A DNA stretch of 64,000 bases from Bacteroidota bacterium. Lineage in GTDB: Bacteria; Bacteroidota; Bacteroidia; B-17B0; Aurantibacillaceae. The stretch covers positions 7,752 to 71,751 of the forward strand of contig JABDCR010000006.1 of assembly GCA_013288015.1 (NCBI GenBank), read 5' to 3'. The number at the start of each line of letters is the position of its first letter. Position 1 is the first letter of the stretch. The notes under the pieces are model-generated. The model saw nothing but the letters and a program-made list of their open reading frames with translations. It was not told the origin of the DNA and ran no database searches. Both the position numbers and the translations under genes were made by a program. Below, one piece after another: positions 9,974 through 18,849 of the stretch.

Positions 9974-10213
9974 TTAATCTAAATTCCAATAGTAATCTTC
10001 ATCACCATCTAAAACATTATCAATGAAGAATTTTTCACTGGTAACTTGTTTCATGTAATGTGCATATTCCTCTTCATCTCTTTGCCAAGCTAAGTCTTCT
10101 GCTTCGTCATCTTCATACTCCTTATCAAAATCATAAAGTCTAAGGAATTCCTGGTACGATTTATCATACTCCTCCCAATACTTCCATGGAAGTTGGTCAT
10201 CATTCGTAAACAT
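9974..10213 (-). CDS. Very acidic, aromatic-rich small passenger protein
   Basis: 26 of 79 residues are D/E; C-terminal DNVLDGDEDYYWNLD; starts 11 nt after the lipoprotein stop. Confidence 0.6.
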   Translation of the reverse strand: MFTNDDQLPWKYWEEYDKSYQEFLRLYDFDKEYEDDEAEDLAWQRDEEEYAHYMKQVTSEKFFIDNVLDGDEDYYWNLD

Positions 10214-10224
10214 GAATTCAAACT

Positions 10225-10746
10225 TTACTTGTGGTAATAGTACTTATTGAAAGATACCATTGCATTACCAAGTGTAGCATTGTATGCTCTTGTTGTAAGT
10301 ACAAGACTGTGAGTGGTCTCCTTTTCTATCGTATAATACAACTGTTGGTTTATTGGTTGATTTGTACCGGGAAAGTATATGCTGTCTCCGAAAATCTTCC
10401 ATACTCCATTACCATGAACTGCAACAGGAGTGATTCCCTGAAATTCATAACCAACAACGGTTTGTTGACTTGTTGTAAAGGTGTATGAGTTACTACTAAG
10501 GGTTAAGTAGTAATTTGCTGGGTTGCTATATAACACAGAAGAAGACCAGGTTGTATCTGCTGGTACAGTAGTGTGAGATACTTTCCATGCTGCTGCTGAA
10601 TCTTCTATCCATGTACCGCAAATAGCAGTTACATTAGCAGGTGTGTTGGAAGTTGTTGAAGGAGGTGGAGTCGAGGTCGTTTTTTGAGTTGCCTTGCTAC
10701 AACCAATGATAACTATCATTAGGAGCATGATTTCATACTTTTTCAT
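10225..10746 (-). CDS. Passenger lipoprotein (possibly lipocalin-like beta fold)
   Basis: Signal peptide II (MKKYEIMLLMIVIIG-C), Thr/Pro linker, ICGTW...GVWKI...IEKETTHSLVL pattern. Confidence 0.65.
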   Translation of the reverse strand: MKKYEIMLLMIVIIGCSKATQKTTSTPPPSTTSNTPANVTAICGTWIEDSAAAWKVSHTTVPADTTWSSSVLYSNPANYYLTLSSNSYTFTTSQQTVVGYEFQGITPVAVHGNGVWKIFGDSIYFPGTNQPINQQLYYTIEKETTHSLVLTTRAYNATLGNAMVSFNKYYYHK

Positions 10747-10801
10747 TGAGGCTTGAGGTTTTTTATGCTTCCAGGATCCGTGAAGCGGTTATAAAAGACT
10801 A

Positions 10802-10952
10802 GGGCGTGGAACCAATAGAATTACTTGTGATGAGGTACCTCGAAGAACCCGTAAACCAAATAAACTAACGTCCACGCCCATACGGGCACAGAACAGATAG
10901 GTAGTCGGGTTTACATTGGGTGGATGAACATTTCGAGGTTTTCATCACCAAG
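10802..10952 (-). ncRNA. Candidate structured RNA (long hairpin plus pseudoknot) in the leader of the passenger operon
   Basis: Complementary pairs: 10802-10810/10871-10879 (9 bp), 10827-10833/10942-10948, 10837-10844/10932-10939, 10847-10850/10918-10921, 10851-10857/10908-10914. Strand is inferred. Confidence 0.55.
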
Positions 10953-11056
10953 CACAACTAACGCCTGTAAAATACTATTCAAATTTAATAAAAATTATAT
11001 AAATCGACCTATTAGGTCATAAAAAAGTCGGTCAACTCCACACCGAGAGAGTTACC

Positions 11057-11887
11057 ATGAATCGCTTACCGATCGAAAAACGAATTCAGATTATTAATCT
11101 GCTGGTAGAAGGAAATAGCTTGCGTGCTACTTCAAGGATTGCAGATGTATCCATAACTACCATTACCAAATTACTTATCGAAACAGGCTCAGCCTGTATG
11201 AATTACCATAATAAAATGGTTAAAAATCTAATCTGCAAGAGAGTTGAATGTGATGAAATCTGGAGTTTTGTGTATTCCAAACAGAAAAATACTCCTCATG
11301 ATAAAACAGGAGCAGGTGATATATGGACTTGGGTTGCAATTGACCCAGACACTAAGCTAGTAGTTTCATGGTTTGTAGGAAGCAGGGATGACCGCTCCGC
11401 AAACCTTTTCATGAGAGATTTATCTACTAGAATTGATAGTCATGTACAGATAACAACAGATGGATTCAAATCTTATTCAGTAGCAGCTGAAAGGTATTTT
11501 GACGGTAGGGCTGATTATGCCCAATTATTTAAAGAATACAAAGAATCTACTAAAAGAACTAAAAGTGGTAAAAAATATGACATGGGGACTGTTGTTGGAG
11601 TTCATAAGATAAAGCGGTTTGGAACACCTGATTCAGGTAAAATTTCTACTAGCCTAGTGGAGCGCCAAAATCTTACTATGAGGATGCATATTAAGCGATT
11701 TTCCCGTCAAACAAATGCTTTTTCAAAAAAAGTAGAAAATCATATATTTGCCATAGCTTTACATTTTGTTTATTATAATTTTTGCAGAATTCACTCTAGT
11801 ATCCGCGTCACTCCTGCTATGGAAGCTGGACTAACAAAAGACTTTTTAAGTTTTAAGGATATAGTAAATTTGTCTTCTGAATTTTAA
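11057..11887 (+). CDS. IS1-family DDE transposase, single ORF with N-terminal HTH and no Zn finger
   Basis: LVEGNSLRATSRIADVS HTH; catalytic motifs ECDEIWSFV, TTDGFKSY, STSLVERQNLTMR; terminal RVTPAMEAG. Confidence 0.92.
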   Translation: MNRLPIEKRIQIINLLVEGNSLRATSRIADVSITTITKLLIETGSACMNYHNKMVKNLICKRVECDEIWSFVYSKQKNTPHDKTGAGDIWTWVAIDPDTKLVVSWFVGSRDDRSANLFMRDLSTRIDSHVQITTDGFKSYSVAAERYFDGRADYAQLFKEYKESTKRTKSGKKYDMGTVVGVHKIKRFGTPDSGKISTSLVERQNLTMRMHIKRFSRQTNAFSKKVENHIFAIALHFVYYNFCRIHSSIRVTPAMEAGLTKDFLSFKDIVNLSSEF

Positions 11888-11908
11888 CATTCAAAATAGT
11901 ACAATACC

Positions 11909-11916
11909 CTTAGGTA
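11909..11916. repeat. Target-site duplication, right copy (CTTAGGTA)
   Basis: Identical to 9415-9422. Confidence 0.9.
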
Positions 11917-11923
11917 ACATAAT

Positions 11924-11954
11924 TTTGATTTGATTTTTTATTGCCATACTTTTG
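11924..11954 (+). promoter_or_regulatory. Bacteroidota -33/-7 promoter of rpoD
   Basis: TTTG (11924-11927), 19-nt spacer, TACTTTTG (11947-11954). Confidence 0.6.
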
Positions 11955-12001
11955 CGGCCTTAATTACGTTCTTTTATTGATTTTATATTATTATATAATA
12001 G

Positions 12002-12865
12002 ATGAGACAGCTAAAAATAACCAAATCAATTACCAATCGCGAGAGTGCATCTCTCGACAAGTACTTACAAGAAATAGGGCGCGAAGAGCTTATAACGGCT
12101 GAAGAAGAAGTTCAGTTGGCCAAAAAGATACGTGATGGAGACCAAAATGCCCTTGAAAAACTTACCCGTGCTAACTTACGTTTCGTTGTATCGGTAGCTA
12201 AACAGTACCAAAATCAGGGTTTAAGCTTACCCGATTTGATTAACGAGGGAAATTTAGGTTTGATTAAAGCTGCAAAACGTTTTGATGAAACCCGTGGTTT
12301 TAAATTTATATCGTACGCTGTATGGTGGATTCGCCAAAGTATTTTACAAGCTTTAGCTGAGCAAAGCCGTATTGTGCGTTTACCGCTTAACCAAGTAGGT
12401 TCGTTAAACAAAATTAATAAAGCGTATTCTAAATTAGAGCAGGAATTTGAGCGCGAGCCAAGCCCTGAAGAATTAGCAAAGATTTTAGATTTACCTGAAG
12501 ATAAAATTACGGATACGATGAAAGTATCTGGTCGCCATGTATCAATGGACGCTCCTTTTCAACAAGGTGAAGAAGGTTCGTTGGTAGATGTATTGGTAAA
12601 CCATGACTCTCCTCGTGCTGATGGACAACTAATGAACGAATCGCTTTCTAAAGAAATTGACCGTGCATTATCAACCCTTACAGAACGTGAACGTGATGTA
12701 ATAAAATTATTTTTCGGCATAGGCATTCCACATGGATTAACCCTAGAAGAAATAGGTGCTAAATTTGACCTTACTCGCGAGCGAGTACGTCAAATAAAAG
12801 AAAAAGCGGTACGCCGTTTACGTCACAGCAGCCGAAGCAAATTATTGCAACAATATTTAGGCTAA
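12002..12865 (+). CDS. rpoD: Primary RNA polymerase sigma70 factor (Bacteroidota type, no region 1.1)
   Basis: [16 protein letters not shown]-terminus, [43 protein letters not shown]. Confidence 0.95.
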   Translation: MRQLKITKSITNRESASLDKYLQEIGREELITAEEEVQLAKKIRDGDQNALEKLTRANLRFVVSVAKQYQNQGLSLPDLINEGNLGLIKAAKRFDETRGFKFISYAVWWIRQSILQALAEQSRIVRLPLNQVGSLNKINKAYSKLEQEFEREPSPEELAKILDLPEDKITDTMKVSGRHVSMDAPFQQGEEGSLVDVLVNHDSPRADGQLMNESLSKEIDRALSTLTERERDVIKLFFGIGIPHGLTLEEIGAKFDLTRERVRQIKEKAVRRLRHSSRSKLLQQYLG

Positions 12866-12875
12866 ACATTTAATG

Positions 12876-12908
12876 AAAAACCGTCTGCATAACACAGGCG
12901 GTTTTTTT
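12876..12908 (+). terminator. Intrinsic terminator after rpoD
   Basis: AAAAACCGTCTG-loop-CAGGCGGTTTTTTT. Confidence 0.8.
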
Positions 12909-12962
12909 ATTATGTCTATCGTAATTAGTAAATCAAAAATTTAAACAACAAAAAATACAACA

Positions 12963-14432
12963 ATGAGTGCAGGGACATTAGAAAAAGTAAACGCAGGTTA
13001 TCAAGAGCAATTAAACGATTGGATTGAACAAGAAAAAGCAACCATTGATTTAATTAGTACTATTGGCAAATTATGGTTTGAAAAATCTATTGAACTGGTT
13101 TTATTCCGTAACCAGCTAGTTGACCGCAGTGCGAGTGAAATTATGAAACTGCACATGTATGCAAAAGATATTGTAAAAAAACCCATCAATGTAAAAGACA
13201 CTGTTTTGTTGGCGCGCGAAATTTATAATGCCCCAAACATTTGCGCTTCTAAAATTGATATTGGTAAACTGGCTTTTGAATGGTACAATGAAAAAGACAA
13301 GCATAAATCTGCTACCGATTTTATCAATCATAAACTAAAAGATTTCACTTCGCAAAAACATAGCATTACACCAAAGGATGTTGTATTATTTGGTTTTGGT
13401 CGTATAGGTCGTTTAGCTGCGCGTGAAATTATTGCACAAGCAGGTAAAGGTGAGCAGTTACGTTTACGTGCCATTGTTACCCGTGGTAACAGTGCCGAGG
13501 AGATTGTAAAACGCGCTGATTTATTACGCACCGATTCTGTACACGGTCCTTTTCCGGGAACTGTGATTGAAGACGTGGCAAATAGTGCTTTAATCATTAA
13601 CGGACATACCGTACACATGATTGATGCTAAAAACCCTGAAGATGTTGATTATACAGCTTACGGAATTAATGATGCATTATTAATTGACAACACAGGTGTA
13701 TTTAGAGATAAAGCTGAATTAAGCAGACACTTAAAAGCTAAAGGAGTTAGTAAGGTTTTACTTACGGCCCCAGCTAAAGATATTCCTAATGTAGTGTATG
13801 GTGTAAACCACGAAAGCATTAATATAAAAACTGATAATATTTTCTCGGCTGCATCTTGTACAACAAATGCTATTATGCCAATTTTATATGTGGTTGATAA
13901 AGAGCTTGGCGTACTACGCGGGCACATTGAAACAGTTCACTCATACACAAACGACCAAAACTTACTGGATAACTATCATAAAAAATATCGTCGTGGTAGA
14001 AGTGCTGCATTAAATATGGTTATTACTGAAACGGGTGCTGAAAGCGCTTTGAAAAAAGTGTTGCCCCAACTATCGGGTAAATTTACCGCTAACTCGGTGC
14101 GTGTACCAACACCAAATGTATCCTTAGCTATTTTAAATATTTCTATCAATAAAGAAGTAACTAAAGATGAGGTTAATGAGCTAATGAAAAAATACGCTTT
14201 AGAAGGGAATTTGGTAGAGCAAATACAATATGCCTTTTCTAACGAGTTAGTTTCTACCGATGTTATTGGTAACCCTTGTCCATCGGTATTCGATAGTCAG
14301 GCAACTATTGTATCGCCTGATAAAAAGAACATTGTGTTATATGTTTGGTATGATAACGAATATGGTTATACACGTCAGGTTATTCGTTTTGCTAAACAAT
14401 TAGCTGAAGTGAAGAGAATGGTTTACTATTAG
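12963..14432 (+). CDS. gap: Glyceraldehyde-3-phosphate dehydrogenase, long form with ~135-aa N-terminal extension
   Basis: GFGRIGR, catalytic ASCTTN, RVPTPNVS, WYDNEYGY. Confidence 0.93.
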   Translation: MSAGTLEKVNAGYQEQLNDWIEQEKATIDLISTIGKLWFEKSIELVLFRNQLVDRSASEIMKLHMYAKDIVKKPINVKDTVLLAREIYNAPNICASKIDIGKLAFEWYNEKDKHKSATDFINHKLKDFTSQKHSITPKDVVLFGFGRIGRLAAREIIAQAGKGEQLRLRAIVTRGNSAEEIVKRADLLRTDSVHGPFPGTVIEDVANSALIINGHTVHMIDAKNPEDVDYTAYGINDALLIDNTGVFRDKAELSRHLKAKGVSKVLLTAPAKDIPNVVYGVNHESINIKTDNIFSAASCTTNAIMPILYVVDKELGVLRGHIETVHSYTNDQNLLDNYHKKYRRGRSAALNMVITETGAESALKKVLPQLSGKFTANSVRVPTPNVSLAILNISINKEVTKDEVNELMKKYALEGNLVEQIQYAFSNELVSTDVIGNPCPSVFDSQATIVSPDKKNIVLYVWYDNEYGYTRQVIRFAKQLAEVKRMVYY

Positions 14433-14454
14433 TAATTATTAACTCACTAATTGC

Positions 14455-14490
14455 AAAACTCCTGCTATTAAATGGCGGGAGTTTTTATTT
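14455..14490 (+). terminator. Intrinsic terminator after gap
   Basis: AAAACTCCTGCTAT-loop-ATGGCGGGAGTTTTT. Confidence 0.8.
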
Positions 14491-14536
14491 GAAATCGTTT
14501 TAAAAGCGTAAATTTGTAGTATAATTAATTTAAAAA

Positions 14537-15268
14537 ATGGAAAACTTTAAAAGAACAAACATCGATCAGTTTCTGGATAATTCAGAAGCTACAAAATCAA
14601 AATCATTATTAAGTTCGGCTTTTGGCTGGATGTTTTTAGCACTAGGTATATCGGCAGCTTTTTCTGTATTATTTGGCTTTAACGAATCATTAATCGCTTA
14701 TTTATATAACGTAAGTGAAGATGGCAGAGCAAGTTTATCTATCCTTGGTTGGGGAGTTATGCTAGCGCCACTTGGCTTTGTATTAGCAATGTCTTTTGGA
14801 TGGCAAAAATTCTCTTTTCCAGTTTTATTAGGTTTATTTATTGCTTATAGCGCCATTAACGGCATTAGCTTAAGCTTTATTTTTATGGCCTATAAAATAG
14901 GAACTATTTATAAAGTGTTTGCATCAACAGCGGTGTTGTTTGGTGTAATGGCTTTATTAGGTGCAACTACCAAAACCGACTTAACAAAAATGGGTTCATT
15001 TTTAATGATGGCTCTTTTTGGGATGATTATTGCTTCATTAATCAATTACTTTACTAAAAGTCCGATGATGGATTATATCATCAGCATTGTAGGTGTAATT
15101 GTATTTACTGGTCTAACTGCTTACGATGTACAGAAAATTAAAAACATGGATGCTGAGTTTTCTGGAGAAGGAAGAGCAAAAATTGGTTTAATGGGTGCTT
15201 TATCTCTTTACTTAGATTTCATTAACTTATTTTTAATGTTACTTCGCTTATTCGGCAGAAGAGATTAA
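14537..15268 (+). CDS. Bax inhibitor-1/YccA family membrane protein
   Basis: Multiple TM helices; FTGLTAYDVQKIK and GALSLYLDFINLFLMLL; TAAATTTG -7 box at 14509-14516. Confidence 0.92.
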   Translation: MENFKRTNIDQFLDNSEATKSKSLLSSAFGWMFLALGISAAFSVLFGFNESLIAYLYNVSEDGRASLSILGWGVMLAPLGFVLAMSFGWQKFSFPVLLGLFIAYSAINGISLSFIFMAYKIGTIYKVFASTAVLFGVMALLGATTKTDLTKMGSFLMMALFGMIIASLINYFTKSPMMDYIISIVGVIVFTGLTAYDVQKIKNMDAEFSGEGRAKIGLMGALSLYLDFINLFLMLLRLFGRRD

Positions 15269-15283
15269 AATCAAAAGAATCTT

Positions 15284-15326
15284 AAATAAAAAGCCCTTCG
15301 CAGAAATGTTGAAGGGTTTTTTATTT
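15284..15326. terminator. Bidirectional intrinsic terminator
   Basis: AAAAAGCCCTTC...GAAGGGTTTTTT between convergent genes. Confidence 0.75.
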
Positions 15327-16387
15327 TATGGTATGGTAAAATTAATTTGCGTAGAAACAGTTGTTGTACCTTGAGGAGCTAAAGTAAAAGTGGTAGGGGT
15401 AACTGGGTTGTTCATCCAATCGCCGCTATTAAAAATGCCATTGCCATCTGCATCATAAAGTGCGTATAAATAATAATCCCCCGGGTGCATATAGTTAAAC
15501 GTATAACTAAAATCGTTGTCGGCTAATATAACATATCGTGAACGATGTGTTAAATCAATTGTAGTGCCATTAACAAGTGGTTTTGTAGTAATAACTAAAA
15601 AAGTTTTTTTGCCTGCAACAGGAACGTGTGCAGCATCATACGAATAAGAGGCTGTTGTTTTACCTAAGTAAGGTTGTGCGCTTTCAGGATATGGGTCTCC
15701 GCCAAGTTGATAATAAATGGCTTCGGTTACCCCAACAAATGTGGTAGAAAAATCTTTAGTCATTGTTTTTTTAGGGAAACCAAAATTACTAACGGCAGGT
15801 GCACAGGCTATAGTATCCTGCAATTTGGCTAACCAAGCCATGTGTGGCGATGTGGTAGTTTGTGTATTACTTTTATTAGTGTATGATTTAATTATCAAGC
15901 TATCTTGCTTAAAAACAACTTCGGTATACGCTCTACCTTTTCCTTTAATAATTTCAGAAAAACGATAATAAGATTGCGTGCTTTGTTCAGATACACTATC
16001 GGCTAAAAAGTAAGCCTCTCTATCCATGCCATTAAACTGACCACCATTTCTAAAGGCTACTTTATATTGGTTATTATAGTAGGCTATAAAAAACGACATG
16101 TTTATGCTGTTCAACGTATCTAATTCATTTTTTGAGGAGATTTGATTTTCTGATACAGGTCTAAAATCTACAATCCATTCGGGGTAACCGCCTAAAGGTG
16201 TAGTTGACGTTACAGGGCCATTCCAGATGCCTTTTATTTTGTTCAGCAAATTATAACCTAGTACGTTTTGTACAGGGGGTGGGTTATTATTGTTGTTAGT
16301 ATTTGAATTGTTTGTGGTTGATTTATTGTTTTTACAGCTTATGGCTACAAGTAAACCAAACAAAACTATGAGATTATATTTTTTCAT
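15326..16387 (-). CDS. Hypothetical lipoprotein
   Basis: Lipobox VAISC, Asn-rich linker, C-terminal PGDYYLYALYDADGNGIFNSGD (DxDxNG Ca-loop-like). Confidence 0.7.
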   Translation of the reverse strand: MKKYNLIVLFGLLVAISCKNNKSTTNNSNTNNNNNPPPVQNVLGYNLLNKIKGIWNGPVTSTTPLGGYPEWIVDFRPVSENQISSKNELDTLNSINMSFFIAYYNNQYKVAFRNGGQFNGMDREAYFLADSVSEQSTQSYYRFSEIIKGKGRAYTEVVFKQDSLIIKSYTNKSNTQTTTSPHMAWLAKLQDTIACAPAVSNFGFPKKTMTKDFSTTFVGVTEAIYYQLGGDPYPESAQPYLGKTTASYSYDAAHVPVAGKKTFLVITTKPLVNGTTIDLTHRSRYVILADNDFSYTFNYMHPGDYYLYALYDADGNGIFNSGDWMNNPVTPTTFTLAPQGTTTVSTQINFTIP

Positions 16388-16426
16388 ATGGACAGTTTTA
16401 ATAGTTAAAGGTAATTTTTATTTCAT

Positions 16427-16460
16427 AAAAAAAGCCCCTCATTTTTGGTGAGAGGCTTTT
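16427..16460 (-). terminator. Intrinsic terminator after the TPR lipoprotein
   Basis: AAAAAAAGCCCCTCA...TGAGAGGCTTTT. Confidence 0.7.
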
Positions 16461-16480
16461 AGTTTTTTCAAAATTAAATA

Positions 16481-18220
16481 TTAGTTAGCTAATGCTTTAA
16501 AATCTGCATTATCTCTCCATTTTAAAAATTCGCAATCATCTTTAGCCATAGCTTTTAACGAAGCGTCTTTTTCAATAGCAGTTTTTAAGAAAGCTAATCC
16601 GCCTGTAGCATCACCTTTGCGTGAAGAAGCAATTGCTTTTAAGTAAAAACTCATAGCCATATCTTTTTCGTTGCTTGCATCAATAGTACCAGCAACACTT
16701 TCAGGGTTACCGTTTAATAATTGAGCTAAAGCTAAGTTAAAGCCTTTGTAGTTTCCGAAGTTAGTAACCGCATCAGTATATTTACCATCACGAATGTTTA
16801 AGATACCTTTATTGTAGTTAACCTCATCACCAGCACCTGAAGCTTTGTTGTAATAATCCATGGCTGATTTACGGTCGCCTTGTTTAGAATAAATGATACC
16901 AGTATTGTTCATTACAACTGCATTACCGTTAGCATTTTTAGAAGCGCGATCAAAAGCTGCTTTTGCATCATCAACTTTGTTATTCATTAAATAAGTTACG
17001 CCTAAGTTGTTGCTTGTTCTCCAGTCAGTGCCATATTGTTTTTCAGCAGCCTGATAAATGCTTAATTTAGTGTTTACATCGGTAGTTAAAGTAGCGCCAT
17101 ATAATAACTCTTCAACACTTAAAGAATCAGGGTTTGACATAGCTAAACGAGAAATCATTTCATCTGTACGAGATTTTTTATCAACCATAATAGTTATTTC
17201 GGCACGACGTAATTTTGGTAAAATTTGGTCAGCTAACTCTTTGTAAGTAGCAGCTAAGTTTTTAATTTCTTTACGACGTTGTTCTGGGTCAGAGTACATA
17301 GTAAGTACACGTAAAACTAAGTCTTTATCTTTCATGGTTGAAGCTTGCATAGCAGCTTTAAAACCTTCCCAGTCTTCGCGCGTAGTTACTGTTTTGTATT
17401 GCTCTTTTGTTTTACCAAAAGTTACTGTTTTCTTTTTCTCTTTTTTAAACTCTTCCGTCATAGCAGCGGTACCTGTTTTAGCACGGTCTTGAGCTAAATG
17501 TTCGTTTTTATCAGTTTCTCCATCTGGAGACGCATAAGCAGAAACATCAATGCCTTTAAACTCATACCACATGTTACTCAAATTATCCATCAGGAATTTA
17601 GAAACGGTTTTCATTTCTTCCGATTTCATTTCTCCCGGACGAACGTTTGATTGGTTAATGGCATAGTAAACATGCGTAACTTGGTTCATTGGGGTGGTTT
17701 TTACAAAAGCATCTTTTGCAAAAATCCCTTTTTCATCATTACGCACTAAAAGCGGTGTAATGATGGTTCCATCAGCAATTTTAACACCTTTAAATTCTTT
17801 TTCTTTCTTTTTTACAGCACCTTTTGCACGTATTTCAAGTTTAGCATTTTTCATGCCCGGCTCGTAAGATGTGCTGAATGCTTTAGTATATGTACCTCCT
17901 TTATCAAAAGGAATTTTTTGCCCGTTACCAACTGCTTTTTCGCCTAATAATACAATTGGCTCAAGGGCTTTTTCGCCTCCGCCGTTAAATACAATAACAG
18001 GGGTTATAGTAACTGTAGCCTTTTTTGCAAAAACTTTGGCAGGATACTTTCCTGAAATGGTAAAAGCTACACTGTCAGCCTTTTCTTCTAGAGGTTTTGG
18101 CGTAACATCGTGCGTAATTAGGTCTTGTTTTTTAACCATTTTACCCAATCCATCACAAGCCGTAAGTAAAATTGCCGAGCCTGCAATAACCGATAATAAT
18201 TTAATTGTATTATTTTGCAT
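16481..18220 (-). CDS. TPR-containing lipoprotein with OmpA-like central domain
   Basis: Lipobox LLTAC; AYASPDG...N..LAQDRA OmpA-like motif; C-terminal TPRs. Confidence 0.8.
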   Translation of the reverse strand: MQNNTIKLLSVIAGSAILLTACDGLGKMVKKQDLITHDVTPKPLEEKADSVAFTISGKYPAKVFAKKATVTITPVIVFNGGGEKALEPIVLLGEKAVGNGQKIPFDKGGTYTKAFSTSYEPGMKNAKLEIRAKGAVKKKEKEFKGVKIADGTIITPLLVRNDEKGIFAKDAFVKTTPMNQVTHVYYAINQSNVRPGEMKSEEMKTVSKFLMDNLSNMWYEFKGIDVSAYASPDGETDKNEHLAQDRAKTGTAAMTEEFKKEKKKTVTFGKTKEQYKTVTTREDWEGFKAAMQASTMKDKDLVLRVLTMYSDPEQRRKEIKNLAATYKELADQILPKLRRAEITIMVDKKSRTDEMISRLAMSNPDSLSVEELLYGATLTTDVNTKLSIYQAAEKQYGTDWRTSNNLGVTYLMNNKVDDAKAAFDRASKNANGNAVVMNNTGIIYSKQGDRKSAMDYYNKASGAGDEVNYNKGILNIRDGKYTDAVTNFGNYKGFNLALAQLLNGNPESVAGTIDASNEKDMAMSFYLKAIASSRKGDATGGLAFLKTAIEKDASLKAMAKDDCEFLKWRDNADFKALAN

Positions 18221-18298
18221 GTTTTATTGTTTTAATAAGAGTTTCTTTCAAGACGCAATAATAAACATACTTTCTAAAATAAAAAAATTAAACTTTAT

Positions 18299-18835
18299 AT
18301 GGATTTAAAGCTGAAAAACGAAGAATTAGGTAGAAAAACGCTGGAAGAATTTAAAAACGCAGAGAAAATCCCCTTAGTTATGGTGTTAGATAATGTAAGA
18401 AGTTTACATAATGTGGGTTCAGTTTTTAGAAGTTGTGATGCCTTTGCTGTTGAAACCCTCTATTTGTGTGGATTTACAGGCACTCCTCCTAATAAAGAAA
18501 TAAATAAAACGGCACTTGGCGCTACCGAAAGTGTTGTTTGGAAACACGAAAGCGATATTATTTCTTTAATTCATCAACTAAAGCAAAGCGGATATACTGT
18601 TTGTGCCGTTGAGCAGACCCAACAAGCTATACAATTACATAAGTTTAGTATTGATACAACTAAAAAATATGCTCTTATTTTTGGTAATGAAGTAGATGGG
18701 GTACAACAAAATGTAATTACCCAATGTGATGCCGTTATTGAGATTGCACAAGGAGGCACTAAACACTCACTAAATATTGCTGTTAGCGCTGGTGTTGTTT
18801 TGTGGGAGTTCTTTAAAAAGCAATTAGCTTTTTAA
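18299..18835 (+). CDS. TrmH/SpoU family RNA methyltransferase
   Basis: LDNVRSLHNVGSVFRSCDAF, IFGNEVDGV, HSLNIAVSAG. Confidence 0.92.
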   Translation: MDLKLKNEELGRKTLEEFKNAEKIPLVMVLDNVRSLHNVGSVFRSCDAFAVETLYLCGFTGTPPNKEINKTALGATESVVWKHESDIISLIHQLKQSGYTVCAVEQTQQAIQLHKFSIDTTKKYALIFGNEVDGVQQNVITQCDAVIEIAQGGTKHSLNIAVSAGVVLWEFFKKQLAF

Positions 18836-18849
18836 TTGTAAGCTTAAAA

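Larger units (their letters stand above)
9423..11908 (+). mobile_element. IS1-family insertion sequence with passenger genes (ISMhu11-like tIS organisation), 2,486 bp
   Basis: Exact 8-bp direct repeat CTTAGGTA at 9415-9422 and 11909-11916; imperfect terminal inverted repeats GGTACTGTCTCACTTTAAA and GGTATTGTACTATTTTGAA (reverse complement of right end); IS1-type DDE transposase at the right end. Confidence 0.9.

Noticed and set aside
9780-10488. Plus-strand ORFs 9780-9977 and 10231-10488 inside the IS cargo
   Set aside because: Antisense to better-supported minus-strand genes and without recognisable features
11057-11887. Programmed InsA/InsB frameshift
   Set aside because: HTH and DDE motifs are in one continuous ORF, so no frameshift is needed
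12002-12865. Apparently truncated RpoD caused by the adjacent IS
   Set aside because: Bacteroidota primary sigma factors naturally lack region 1.1, and the typical MRQLKI N-terminus is intact
12963-14432. N-terminal extension of GAPDH as a novel fusion
   Set aside because: The ~480-aa long GAPDH form is already known and widespread in Bacteroidota and some Proteobacteria
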